This document shows, one piece after another, positions 19,271 to 28,515 of a stretch of 64,000 nt of DNA. The DNA comes from an uncultured Gemmatimonadales bacterium (lineage in GTDB: Bacteria; Gemmatimonadota; Gemmatimonadetes; Gemmatimonadales; GWC2-71-9). The position numbers were made by a program, and so were the translations under genes. Location of the stretch: NCBI GenBank assembly GCA_963728915.1, contig CAVSLV010000003.1, positions 128,001 to 192,000 of the forward strand, in the 5' to 3' direction. The notes under the pieces were generated by a model. The model did not search any database, was not told the origin of the DNA, and was given only the letters and a program-made list of their open reading frames with translations. Within the stretch, counting starts at the first letter, position 1. Each line of letters begins with the position of its first letter.

Positions 19271-22192
19271 ACGGCGACCTCGCCCCGGCCCAGCAGGAAA
19301 CCGACCCGGGGCAAGGATACCCCTGCCCGCCGACGGCAGTCCGCCCTGCTGGGCCTGAGTGCGGCGATCGCTTCCGCCCACGACGAAGGAGAGGTTTGTC
19401 GCGCGGTGGTCGACGGTCTCCGTGAAGACGCCCTCGGTTACAACTTCCTCGGGGTCTTCCTCCTGGATCGCGAACGCGGCGACCGGGTCCTCGCGGCTGC
19501 GACCGGCTGGGACGATGTCCCCTCCGACATGCGGGTCCCGGCCGGGCAGGGACTGAGCGCCCGACCGCTTCGCGACCGCCAGCTCCGCTACACCCCGGAT
19601 GTCGCCAGGGAGCCCGAGTATGTGCCCGGACTCTCCAGCGGATCCGAGGTCGACGTTCCCATCCTGGCCGGCGACGAGGTCATCGGCGTCCTGGTGGTCG
19701 AGAGTCGGGAGCCGAATGCGTTCGGCGCCGCCGATTTCGAGATTCTCACCGCGGCGGCCCAGCTCGCCGGGCTCGCGCTGGCGCGGGTTCGGCTTCTCGA
19801 TCAGCAGCAGCAGATCCTGGCCGCCGAGCGGCGCCGCGCCGACGAGCGGGAAGCGCTCCTGGCCACCATCGGAGATCTCTCCGCCGAGCTCGAGCTCTCC
19901 CGGCTGCTCGAGGCCGTGCTGGGACGGGCGGTCACGTTGCTCGGCGCGGTCGGGGGGGAGCTCGCGACCTACGATGAAGGCCGGGGTGAGCTGATGATCG
20001 CGGCCAACCACGGAATGAAGTCGGATTCGCGGGGAACCCGGCTCAAGGTGGGCGAGGGCGCCATGGGCTGGGTGGTGCGAACCGGGGAGCAGTTGATCAT
20101 CCCCGACTATCAGAGCTGGGCGGGACGCTCCAACCAGTACGCCAAGATCGACGCCCGGGCCGCGGTGGTCGCTCCGCTGCTCATCGGCGGCCGTCCAGTC
20201 GGAGCGATCAACGTCTGGCACGAGGACCCGGCCCGTTCGTTCACGCCTTCCGACCAGCGGCTGCTCAACCTGTTCGGGCAGCAGGCGGCGATCGCGCTCG
20301 AAAACGCCCATCTCTTCGCGGCGGCACAACGGGAGCGGCAATACTTCGAGGTCCTGGTCCGCAACAGCCCGGTGGCCATCGTGGTGCTCGACCTCGAACA
20401 CCGGGTCCTGTCGTGCAATCCCGGCTTTGAAACGCTGTATGGCTACGGCCAGGCTGAAGTGACCGGGAAGAATCTCGACGACCTCATCACCACCGAGGAA
20501 TCCCGCGCCGAGGCGGTCTCCTACACCCAGCAGGCTTCCAACCATCAGCTGGTCCAGGGCTTCGGACAGCGCAAGCGCAAAGACGGAAGCCTGGTGGACG
20601 TCGAAGTGCTGGCGGTTCCCGTGGTGATCAACGGAGAGCGGGTCGGGATGATGGGGCTGTATCACGATGTGACCGAGCTCCTGGCGGCGCGGAAGGCCTC
20701 GGAAGAAGCCAACACGGCCAAGAGCCGGTTTCTCGCCAACATGAGCCACGAGCTCCGGACCCCGCTCAACGCGATCATCGGCTACAGCGAGATGCTGGAG
20801 GAAGAGGCCACCGAGCAGGACCACGCGAGCTACGTCCCCGACCTCCAGAAGATCCGGGCCGCCGGGCGCCACCTGCTCGCCCTGATCAACGACGTGCTCG
20901 ACCTCTCCAAGATCGAAGCCGGCAAGATGGAGCTCCACCTGGAGACCTTCGAGCTGGTGCCGGCCATCGAGGCGGTGGCCAGCACGGTGGCGCCCCTGAT
21001 CGAGAAGAACGGCAACACCCTCCAGCTGGCGTTGGCGCCGGGCCTGGGGGCGATGCGGGGGGACCTGACCCGGGTGCGCCAGATCCTGTTCAACCTGTTG
21101 TCGAACGCGAGCAAGTTCACCGAGCGGGGGACCATCACGCTGCGGGCGGAGCCGGAGGGGGCGGGGCTGCGGTTCGAGGTGGCGGACACCGGGATCGGGA
21201 TGACCGAGGCGCAGCTGGGCCGGTTGTTCCAGGCCTTTTCCCAGGCGGAGGCGGCGACGGCGAGCAAGTACGGGGGGACCGGGTTAGGGCTCGCGATCAG
21301 CCGGATGTTCTGCGAGATGATGGGGGGCGAGATCACCGTGGCGAGCGTGCCGGGCCGGGGCACCACCTTCACGGTCCGGCTCCCCCGCGAAGTCCGGGAC
21401 CGGACCGAGCCCGCCCCCGAGGCCATGACGGCAATCCCGCGGGGCGGGACCGGCGGGACCATTCTGGTCATTGACGACGATCCGGCCGCGAGACAGCTGC
21501 TCGCCAGAATGCTCCAGAAGGAAGGGTTCCAGGTCCTTCTGGCGAGTGGAGGAGAGGAAGGTCTCGCGCTCGCCAGAAGCGAGCGGCCCGACGTCATCAC
21601 CCTCGACGTCCTGATGCCGGGGCTCGATGGCTGGGGAGTGCTCGCCGCGCTCAAGAGCGACCCCGAGCTCGCCGCCATCCCGGTCGTCATGGCGACCGTC
21701 ACCGACGATCGGCACCTGGGATTCTCGCTCGGCGCCGCCGAGTACCTCGCCAAACCGGTCGATCGGGCCCAGCTCCACCAGATTCTGGCGCGCTACCGGC
21801 GTGGCTCGGCCGGCGACGCGCCGAAGGTCCTGGTGGTGGAAGACGACGACGCGACCCGCGCCATGCTGCGGCGCGCGCTCGAGAAGGAAGGCTGGACCGT
21901 CTCCGAGGCGGTGAACGGCAAGGCCGGGCTGGAGCAGGTCGCCGCCGATCCCCCTGCGCTCATCCTGCTCGATCTCATGATGCCCGAGATGGACGGGTTC
22001 GAGTTCCTGGAGGGATTGCGCCGGAACGGGGGGCCCCGGCCGCCGGTCGTGGTGATCACGGCGAAGGAGCTGACCGAGCAGGATCGCCAGCGGCTGAACG
22101 GCGGAGTTCGTGACGTGGTTCGCAAGCGCCCCCAGGATTTCGAGGGCCTGCTCGCCGATGTGCGGTCCAGGATCGCCTCCCATGCCCACTGA
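19271..22192 (+). CDS. Hybrid histidine kinase 1: GAF-GAF-PAS-HisKA-HATPase-REC-REC (probable ACG start; ORF track starts at 19406)
   Basis: [10 protein letters not shown]-box, [21 protein letters not shown] and two REC domains. The frame is open from 19247 and GGAGGA lies 6 nt before ACG 19271. Confidence 0.9.
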   Translation, partial: TATSPRPSRKPTRGKDTPARRRQSALLGLSAAIASAHDEGEVCRAVVDGLREDALGYNFLGVFLLDRERGDRVLAAATGWDDVPSDMRVPAGQGLSARPLRDRQLRYTPDVAREPEYVPGLSSGSEVDVPILAGDEVIGVLVVESREPNAFGAADFEILTAAAQLAGLALARVRLLDQQQQILAAERRRADEREALLATIGDLSAELELSRLLEAVLGRAVTLLGAVGGELATYDEGRGELMIAANHGMKSDSRGTRLKVGEGAMGWVVRTGEQLIIPDYQSWAGRSNQYAKIDARAAVVAPLLIGGRPVGAINVWHEDPARSFTPSDQRLLNLFGQQAAIALENAHLFAAAQRERQYFEVLVRNSPVAIVVLDLEHRVLSCNPGFETLYGYGQAEVTGKNLDDLITTEESRAEAVSYTQQASNHQLVQGFGQRKRKDGSLVDVEVLAVPVVINGERVGMMGLYHDVTELLAARKASEEANTAKSRFLANMSHELRTPLNAIIGYSEMLEEEATEQDHASYVPDLQKIRAAGRHLLALINDVLDLSKIEAGKMELHLETFELVPAIEAVASTVAPLIEKNGNTLQLALAPGLGAMRGDLTRVRQILFNLLSNASKFTERGTITLRAEPEGAGLRFEVADTGIGMTEAQLGRLFQAFSQAEAATASKYGGTGLGLAISRMFCEMMGGEITVASVPGRGTTFTVRLPREVRDRTEPAPEAMTAIPRGGTGGTILVIDDDPAARQLLARMLQKEGFQVLLASGGEEGLALARSERPDVITLDVLMPGLDGWGVLAALKSDPELAAIPVVMATVTDDRHLGFSLGAAEYLAKPVDRAQLHQILARYRRGSAGDAPKVLVVEDDDATRAMLRRALEKEGWTVSEAVNGKAGLEQVAADPPALILLDLMMPEMDGFEFLEGLRRNGGPRPPVVVITAKELTEQDRQRLNGGVRDVVRKRPQDFEGLLADVRSRIASHAH
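20740..21414 (+). repeat. 675-bp direct repeat, copy 1 (HisKA-HATPase core of HK1)
   Basis: Appears identical to 24098-24772 (offset 3358); sense and antisense translations both match. Confidence 0.9.
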
Positions 22193-25100
22193 TTCGACCG
22201 TCCACCGGCTCCGGGAGGCCGCCTTGCTCCGGCTCAGCACCGGAATCGCCACGGCGCAGACCGAGCCGGAGATCTGCAAGGCGGTCGCCGACGGCCTCCA
22301 GGACTCGAGCCTGCGATTCGATTTCGTCGCGGTGCTCCTGGTGGACGAGAAGAACGGAGACCGGGTGGTCGTGGCGAGCCGGGGCTGGGAAGGAGCCCCA
22401 CCCGGGCTGCGGGTCCCCAAGGGCACCGGGTTGAGCGAGCTGCCTCTGCTCGACGGTCGGCTGCACTATACCCCGCAGGTCACTCAGGACACCCGCTACC
22501 TCCCGACCCGGAACGAAGGGTCCGAGGTGGACATCCCGCTCCTGGTGAACCGGGAGCTGGTGGGCGTGCTGGTGGTGGAGAGCAACCGCCACCATGCCTT
22601 TGGAACCGAGGACTTCGAGGTCCTCCGGGCCGTCGCGAATCAGGCCGGCATCGCCATCGGAGGGGCCCGCCTGCTCGCCGCCGAGCGTCAGCGGGCCAAT
22701 GAGCAGGAGGCGCTTCGCGCCACCATCGCCGACCTCTCGGCCCGGCTCGAGCTGCCCGACCTGCTCCAGGCGGTCCTCGAACGCGCGGTGCAGCTGCTCC
22801 AGATCAGCCACGGCGAGCTGGCCATCTACGATCACGAACGGGACGAGCTCGAGATCGTGGCGAGCTACAACGTGGGGAAGAAGGACACCAGCGGCATCCG
22901 CCTGCGGCCCGGCGAGGGCGCGATGGGTCACGTCGCCCTGACCCGCGAGCCGCTGCTCATCCCCGACTACCAGGCCTGGTCCTCCCGCTCCGAGCAGTAC
23001 GCGCAGGTCGAGTTCCACGCCGTCATGGTGGCCCCTCTGATCATGGGCCGCCAGCTGGTGGGCGCGATCGCCTTCATGGACAAGGATCCTGATCGCCAGT
23101 TCGGAAGCGAAGACCTCCGGCTGCTCGATCTGTTTGCGCCTCAGGCCGCGGTCGCGATCGAGAATGCCAGGCTCTTCGGCATGGAACGGCGTCGCGCCGA
23201 GGAGCAGCAGGCCCTGCTCGATACCCTGAAGGACCTGGTCGGCCAGCTCGAGCTGGGCACCCTGCTGCAGCGGGTGCTGGAGCGGGCGGTCACCCTGCTC
23301 AATGTGACCGGGGGCGAGCTTGCGACCTTCGATGCCGGGACCGGCGATCTTCAGATCGTCGCGACCCACAACATGGGCACCAATGCGGTCGGAACCAGGA
23401 TCGCGCTGGGCGAAGGAGCGATGGGGCAGGTGGCCCAGACGCTCGAGCCGCTGGTGATCCCCCGGTATCAGGAGTGGGAAGGCCGCTCACCCCAATACAC
23501 CCAGCGCACCGTGCAATCGGTCATGGCGGCTCCGCTCCGGATCGGCGCCCGGCTGGTGGGGACGATCGCAACGGTCCATGCCGATCCCAATCGCGAGCCC
23601 GGGCCGGAGGACGTGCGGCTCCTCGAGCTGTTCGCGTCGGAGGCGGCCATCGCGATCGAGAATGCCCGGCTGTTCACCCAGACCCAGCATCAGACCCAGT
23701 ATTTCGGCGAGCTGGTCGCCAACAGCCCGGTCGCCATCGTGACGCTGGATACCCGGCACAATGTGGTTTCGTGCAACCCCGCATTCCTGACGCTCTACGG
23801 CTACACCGAGGCCGAAGTGATCGGCCAGCACCTCGACGATCTCATCACCACCCCCGAATCCCGCTCCCAGGCGGTGCAGTTCACCGAACAGGCCCTGGGG
23901 CATCGCCCGGTCCGCGCGATCGCGCAGAGACGCCGGAAGGATGGATCCCTGGTGGATGTCGAGGTGCTCGGCGTTCCCGTCGTGGTGAACGGAGCGCTGG
24001 TCGGGATGATGGGCCTCTATCACGACATCACCGAGCTGCTCGAGGCCCGCCGGTCGGCCGAGCAGGCCAACACGGCGAAGAGCCAGTTTCTCGCCAGCAT
24101 GAGCCACGAGCTCCGGACCCCGCTCAACGCGATCATCGGCTACAGCGAGATGCTGGAGGAAGAGGCCACCGAGCAGGACCACGCGAGCTACGTCCCCGAC
24201 CTCCAGAAGATCCGGGCCGCCGGGCGCCACCTGCTCGCCCTGATCAACGACGTGCTCGACCTCTCCAAGATCGAAGCCGGCAAGATGGAGCTCCACCTGG
24301 AGACCTTCGAGCTGGTGCCGGCCATCGAGGCGGTGGCCAGCACGGTGGCGCCCCTGATCGAGAAGAACGGCAACACCCTCCAGCTGGCGTTGGCGCCGGG
24401 CCTGGGGGCGATGCGGGGGGACCTGACCCGGGTGCGCCAGATCCTGTTCAACCTGTTGTCGAACGCGAGCAAGTTCACCGAGCGGGGGACCATCACGCTG
24501 CGGGCGGAGCCGGAGGGGGCGGGGCTGCGGTTCGAGGTGGCGGACACCGGGATCGGGATGACCGAGGCGCAGCTGGGCCGGTTGTTCCAGGCCTTTTCCC
24601 AGGCGGAGGCGGCGACGGCGAGCAAGTACGGGGGGACCGGGTTAGGGCTCGCGATCAGCCGGATGTTCTGCGAGATGATGGGGGGCGAGATCACCGTGGC
24701 GAGCGTGCCGGGCCGGGGCACCACCTTCACGGTCCGGCTCCCCCGCGAAGTCCGGGACCGGACCGAGCCCGCTCCCGAGGCCATCCCGACGGTCACCCCG
24801 GGCGACAGCACCGGCATGGTCCTGGTGATCGACGACGATCCGGTGGCCCGGGACCTGACCCGCCGGATCCTGGCCCGGGAAGGGTACCAGGTGGTCGAGG
24901 CCAGCGACGGGGAAAGCGGCCTTCGAGTGGCGCGCGAGTTGAGACCCCGCCTCATCACGCTCGACATCCTCATGCCGGGAATGGACGGCTGGGAGGTGCT
25001 CGAGGCCCTGAAGGACGACCAGGAGCTGGCCGCCACGCCCGTCATCCTGCAAACCGTGCTGGAGAACCGGAATCTCGGCTTCTCGCTCGGCGCCGCCGAG

Positions 25101-25253
25101 TACCTGACCAAGCCGGTGGACCGGCAGCAGCTCATCGCTCTCGCGCGTCGCTACGTCAAGGGCGACGCCGAGGCCCCCGACGGCGTGTTCGAGGACGACC
25201 CCGCCACCCACGACGGCCTGCTCGCCGAGGTCAAACGGCTGGTGCCCCGATGA
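22182..25253 (+). CDS. Hybrid histidine kinase 2: GAF-GAF-GAF-PAS-HisKA-HATPase-REC (second REC deleted)
   Basis: ATG at 22182 (MPTDST) overlaps the end of HK1; three GAF repeats, PAS, a kinase core identical to HK1 and one intact REC. Confidence 0.9.
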   Translation: MPTDSTVHRLREAALLRLSTGIATAQTEPEICKAVADGLQDSSLRFDFVAVLLVDEKNGDRVVVASRGWEGAPPGLRVPKGTGLSELPLLDGRLHYTPQVTQDTRYLPTRNEGSEVDIPLLVNRELVGVLVVESNRHHAFGTEDFEVLRAVANQAGIAIGGARLLAAERQRANEQEALRATIADLSARLELPDLLQAVLERAVQLLQISHGELAIYDHERDELEIVASYNVGKKDTSGIRLRPGEGAMGHVALTREPLLIPDYQAWSSRSEQYAQVEFHAVMVAPLIMGRQLVGAIAFMDKDPDRQFGSEDLRLLDLFAPQAAVAIENARLFGMERRRAEEQQALLDTLKDLVGQLELGTLLQRVLERAVTLLNVTGGELATFDAGTGDLQIVATHNMGTNAVGTRIALGEGAMGQVAQTLEPLVIPRYQEWEGRSPQYTQRTVQSVMAAPLRIGARLVGTIATVHADPNREPGPEDVRLLELFASEAAIAIENARLFTQTQHQTQYFGELVANSPVAIVTLDTRHNVVSCNPAFLTLYGYTEAEVIGQHLDDLITTPESRSQAVQFTEQALGHRPVRAIAQRRRKDGSLVDVEVLGVPVVVNGALVGMMGLYHDITELLEARRSAEQANTAKSQFLASMSHELRTPLNAIIGYSEMLEEEATEQDHASYVPDLQKIRAAGRHLLALINDVLDLSKIEAGKMELHLETFELVPAIEAVASTVAPLIEKNGNTLQLALAPGLGAMRGDLTRVRQILFNLLSNASKFTERGTITLRAEPEGAGLRFEVADTGIGMTEAQLGRLFQAFSQAEAATASKYGGTGLGLAISRMFCEMMGGEITVASVPGRGTTFTVRLPREVRDRTEPAPEAIPTVTPGDSTGMVLVIDDDPVARDLTRRILAREGYQVVEASDGESGLRVARELRPRLITLDILMPGMDGWEVLEALKDDQELAATPVILQTVLENRNLGFSLGAAEYLTKPVDRQQLIALARRYVKGDAEAPDGVFEDDPATHDGLLAEVKRLVPR
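24098..24772 (+). repeat. 675-bp direct repeat, copy 2 (HisKA-HATPase core of HK2)
   Basis: Matches 20740-21414; first downstream mismatch at 24773 vs 21415. Confidence 0.9.
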
Positions 25254-28147
25254 AGCGCAAGCCGGCGCCGGCCGGCGCGAAGGTCTCCCTCGCGAAGCGT
25301 CGGGAGGCCGCCCTGCTGCGCCTCTCGGCGGAAATCGCCGCGGCGCCGAGCGAGGCAGAGGTGTGTCACGCCGTCGTGAACGGGCTGCGGGATCCCGCCA
25401 TCGGCTACGTCTTCCTCGGGCTGTTCACCGTGGACGAGACGAGCGGGGACCGGGTGCTCCGCGCCAGCGTCGGCTGGCCCGATGTCCCCGCCGATTGGCG
25501 GGTCCACCCGGGACAGGGCCTGAGCGCGCGGCCGCTTCAGGACGGCAGACTCCACTACACTCCCGACGTAACCCGCGAGGCCGGCTATCTCCCGAGTCTC
25601 AACAGCGGCTCTGAGGTGGACGTCCCGCTCCAGATGGGCAGCCGGGTGTTCGGGGTCCTGGTGGTCGAAAGCACCCGCAAGAACGCCTTCCATCAGGACG
25701 ACTTCGAGATCCTGACCGCCGCCGCCACCCAGGCCAGCATCGCGATCGGGCGGGCCCGGCTCCTGGCGGCGCAGCAGCGGCGCGCCGACGAGCAGCAGGC
25801 GGTGCTCGAGACCCTCGCCGATCTCTCCGGCGAGCTCGAGCTGGGCAAGCTGCTTCAGGCGGTGCTCCGCCGGGCCACCACCCTCCTCGGGGTGAGCGGC
25901 GGCGAGCTCGCGATCTTCGACGAGACCCGGGAGGAGCTCGAAGTGGTCGCGAGTCAGCAGATCGGGGTCGATTCGACCGGGACCCGCCTGAAGCTCGGCG
26001 AAGGCGCCATGGGCCACGTGGCGGTGACCAAGGAGCCCATCTGCATCGACGAATACCACGAGTGGACCGGGCAGTCGACCAAGTACGCCTCGGTCGAGGT
26101 CCATTCGGTCATGGCGGCCCCGCTCCTGATCGGACACCGGCTGGTCGGCGTGTTTGCCCTCACCCATCACGATCCCGCCCGCCGGTTCGGCAGCGACGAC
26201 ATCGGGCTCCTCAACCTGTTCGCGCCGCAGGCGGCGGTCGCGATCGAGAACGCCCGGCTCTACACCGCCGCGCAGCGGGAACGGCAGTACTTCGAGGAGC
26301 TGGTGCTCAACAGCCCGGTCGCGGTGGTGACCCTCGATACCCAGCACAACATCGTGTCGTGCAACCCGGCCTTCGAGACCCTCTACGGCTATCGCCAGGC
26401 GGAGGTCATCGGGCGGAACCTCGACGATCTCATTTCCACCGACACCAGCCGGTCCGAAGCGGTGGCCATTACCCAGCACGTGCTCGCGGAGGGCGCGATG
26501 CGCAGCATCGGACGAAGACGGCGTCGCGACGGCACGCTGGTCGACGTCGAAGTGCTTGGCGTGCCGGTCCGGGTCGAGGGCCGCCTGGTCGGGCTCATGG
26601 GCCTCTATCACGACATCTCGGAGCTCACCCAGGCCCGCCAGGCCGCGGAAGAAGCCAACAATGCCAAGAGCCAGTTCCTCGCCAGCATGAGCCACGAGCT
26701 GCGTACCCCGCTCAACGCGATCATCGGCTACAGCGAGATGCTGGAGGAGGAAGTGGTCGAGCTGGAGCATCCCGAGCTGGCGCCCGATCTCCAGAAGATC
26801 CGGAGCGCCGGCAAGCATCTCCTCGCCCTGATCAACGACATCCTGGATCTCTCCAAGATCGAGGCCGGCAAGATCGAGCTGGACCTGGAGGATTTCGAGG
26901 TCGCCGACATGATTCGCGACGTCGCGACCACGATCCAGCCGCTGGTGGCCAAGAACGCCAACCACCTGGTGGTGGAAGCGGATGGGCTCGGCGCCATGCA
27001 CGGGGACCAGACCAAGATTCGCCAGATGCTGCTCAACCTGCTCTCCAACGCCTGCAAGTTCACCGACAAGGGCAGGGTGACGCTCCAGGCCACCCGGCTC
27101 CCCGGCGCGGGCCGCGGCCCGGACCGGCTGCGGTTCCGGGTGTCCGATTCGGGCATCGGGATGACCCCGGCCCAGTTAACCCGCATCTTCGAGGCCTTCG
27201 CCCAGGCGGAAGCCTCCACCAGCCGGCGCTATGGCGGGACCGGACTCGGGCTCGCCATCACCAAGCGATTCGCCGAGCTCATGGGAGGCGATGTCACCGT
27301 CGAGAGCGAGCCCGGCAAAGGGTCCCACTTCACCGTCACCATACCGGCCCGGAGTCCGGAGCCCGGGACGACCGTCGCCGAGATCCCCGGCGCCATCGCG
27401 GGCACCGTGCTGATCATCGACGACAACGCCGAAGCCCGCGACATGGTCGCGCGGTTCCTGCGCCAGGAGGGCTTCGCGATCCTCGAGGCCTCCAGCGGCG
27501 AAAAAGGTCTCGAGCTGGCGCGGACCCACCGCCCCGACGCGATTACCCTCGATGTGATGATGCCGGGAATGGACGGCTGGGCCGTCCTCACCGCGCTCAA
27601 GGCCGATCCGGCGCTGGCGAGGATCCCCGTCATCATGCTCACCGTCCTGGAGAATCGGAGTCTCGGATTTTCGCTCGGCGCGTCGGAGTATCTGACCAAG
27701 CCGCTCGACCGGAGCCGGCTCCGGAGTGTCCTGGAGCGGTACCGGACCGACGGCCGGCGCGATGTGCTGGTGGTGGAGGATGACGGGCCGACCCGCGATC
27801 TCCTCCGCCGGATCGTGGAGGCGGAGGGCTGGTCCGCCGCCACCGCCGAGAACGGCCAGGTGGCCCTCGAGATGGTCCGGCGCCAGCCGCCTTCCATCAT
27901 TCTGCTCGATCTCATGATGCCGGTGATGGATGGCTGCCAGTTCGCCGCCGAGCTGCGCCGCCACGACGCCTGGCGGAGCATCCCGGTGATCGTACTGACT
28001 TCCAAGGACTTGAGCGCTGAAGACCGCCGCATGCTGAACGGAGATGTCCAGACCGTCCTGCAAAAGGGCGCCTTGAACCGGGACGAGCTGCTCCGCGAGA
28101 TTCATGACCTCATGCGCGCCGGGCGAGCCGCGCCAGCCGGAGAGTGA
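25250..28147 (+). CDS. Hybrid histidine kinase 3: GAF-GAF-PAS-HisKA-HATPase-REC-REC
   Basis: ATG at 25250 (MKRKPAP) with ATGA overlap; same architecture as HK1 but a diverged kinase core. Confidence 0.9.
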   Translation: MKRKPAPAGAKVSLAKRREAALLRLSAEIAAAPSEAEVCHAVVNGLRDPAIGYVFLGLFTVDETSGDRVLRASVGWPDVPADWRVHPGQGLSARPLQDGRLHYTPDVTREAGYLPSLNSGSEVDVPLQMGSRVFGVLVVESTRKNAFHQDDFEILTAAATQASIAIGRARLLAAQQRRADEQQAVLETLADLSGELELGKLLQAVLRRATTLLGVSGGELAIFDETREELEVVASQQIGVDSTGTRLKLGEGAMGHVAVTKEPICIDEYHEWTGQSTKYASVEVHSVMAAPLLIGHRLVGVFALTHHDPARRFGSDDIGLLNLFAPQAAVAIENARLYTAAQRERQYFEELVLNSPVAVVTLDTQHNIVSCNPAFETLYGYRQAEVIGRNLDDLISTDTSRSEAVAITQHVLAEGAMRSIGRRRRRDGTLVDVEVLGVPVRVEGRLVGLMGLYHDISELTQARQAAEEANNAKSQFLASMSHELRTPLNAIIGYSEMLEEEVVELEHPELAPDLQKIRSAGKHLLALINDILDLSKIEAGKIELDLEDFEVADMIRDVATTIQPLVAKNANHLVVEADGLGAMHGDQTKIRQMLLNLLSNACKFTDKGRVTLQATRLPGAGRGPDRLRFRVSDSGIGMTPAQLTRIFEAFAQAEASTSRRYGGTGLGLAITKRFAELMGGDVTVESEPGKGSHFTVTIPARSPEPGTTVAEIPGAIAGTVLIIDDNAEARDMVARFLRQEGFAILEASSGEKGLELARTHRPDAITLDVMMPGMDGWAVLTALKADPALARIPVIMLTVLENRSLGFSLGASEYLTKPLDRSRLRSVLERYRTDGRRDVLVVEDDGPTRDLLRRIVEAEGWSAATAENGQVALEMVRRQPPSIILLDLMMPVMDGCQFAAELRRHDAWRSIPVIVLTSKDLSAEDRRMLNGDVQTVLQKGALNRDELLREIHDLMRAGRAAPAGE

Positions 28148-28149
28148 CC

Positions 28150-28515
28150 ATGCCGAAGATCCTGCTGGTGGAAGACAACGAGATGAACCGCGACATGCTG
28201 TCCCGGCGCCTCCAGCGCAAGGGATTCACAGTCGAAATGGCGGTGGACGGGAAGCAGGGTGTCGAGATGGCTCTGAACGGCGCCTACGACCTCATCCTGA
28301 TGGACATGAGCCTGCCGGAAATCGACGGTTGGGAGGCCACCCGCCGGGTGCGCGAAGCCCCCCAGACCAGATCCATTCCCATCATCGCGCTCACCGCCCA
28401 CGCGATGTCCGGCGACCGGGAGAAGGCCATGGCCGCCGGCTGCAACGACTACGACACCAAGCCGGTCGAGCTGGAGCGCTTGCTGGCCAAGATCGCCGCG
28501 CTGCTTCCCGCATGA
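28150..28515 (+). CDS. Single-domain response regulator (DivK/CheY-like)
   Basis: ILLVEDN, DLILMD, ALTAHAM and TKP. Confidence 0.92.
   Translation: MPKILLVEDNEMNRDMLSRRLQRKGFTVEMAVDGKQGVEMALNGAYDLILMDMSLPEIDGWEATRRVREAPQTRSIPIIALTAHAMSGDREKAMAAGCNDYDTKPVELERLLAKIAALLPA

Noticed and set aside
19213..19425. 70-aa ORF as a leader peptide or frameshifted HK1 N-terminus
   Set aside because: Its TTG is the -35 box and the peptide has no similarity to the paralogues. The homologous N-terminus is already in the HK1 frame, so no frameshift is needed.
20740..24772. 675-bp repeat as a diversity-generating retroelement TR/VR pair or an IS
   Set aside because: There is no reverse transcriptase or transposase, no adenine-specific mismatches and no terminal repeats; both copies are in-frame kinase cores.
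23474..25249. N-terminal ~590 aa of the 1557-aa ORF, suggesting a giant protein
   Set aside because: It is an Arg/Gly/Pro-rich off-frame shadow of HK2; homology to the paralogues begins at ATG 25250.
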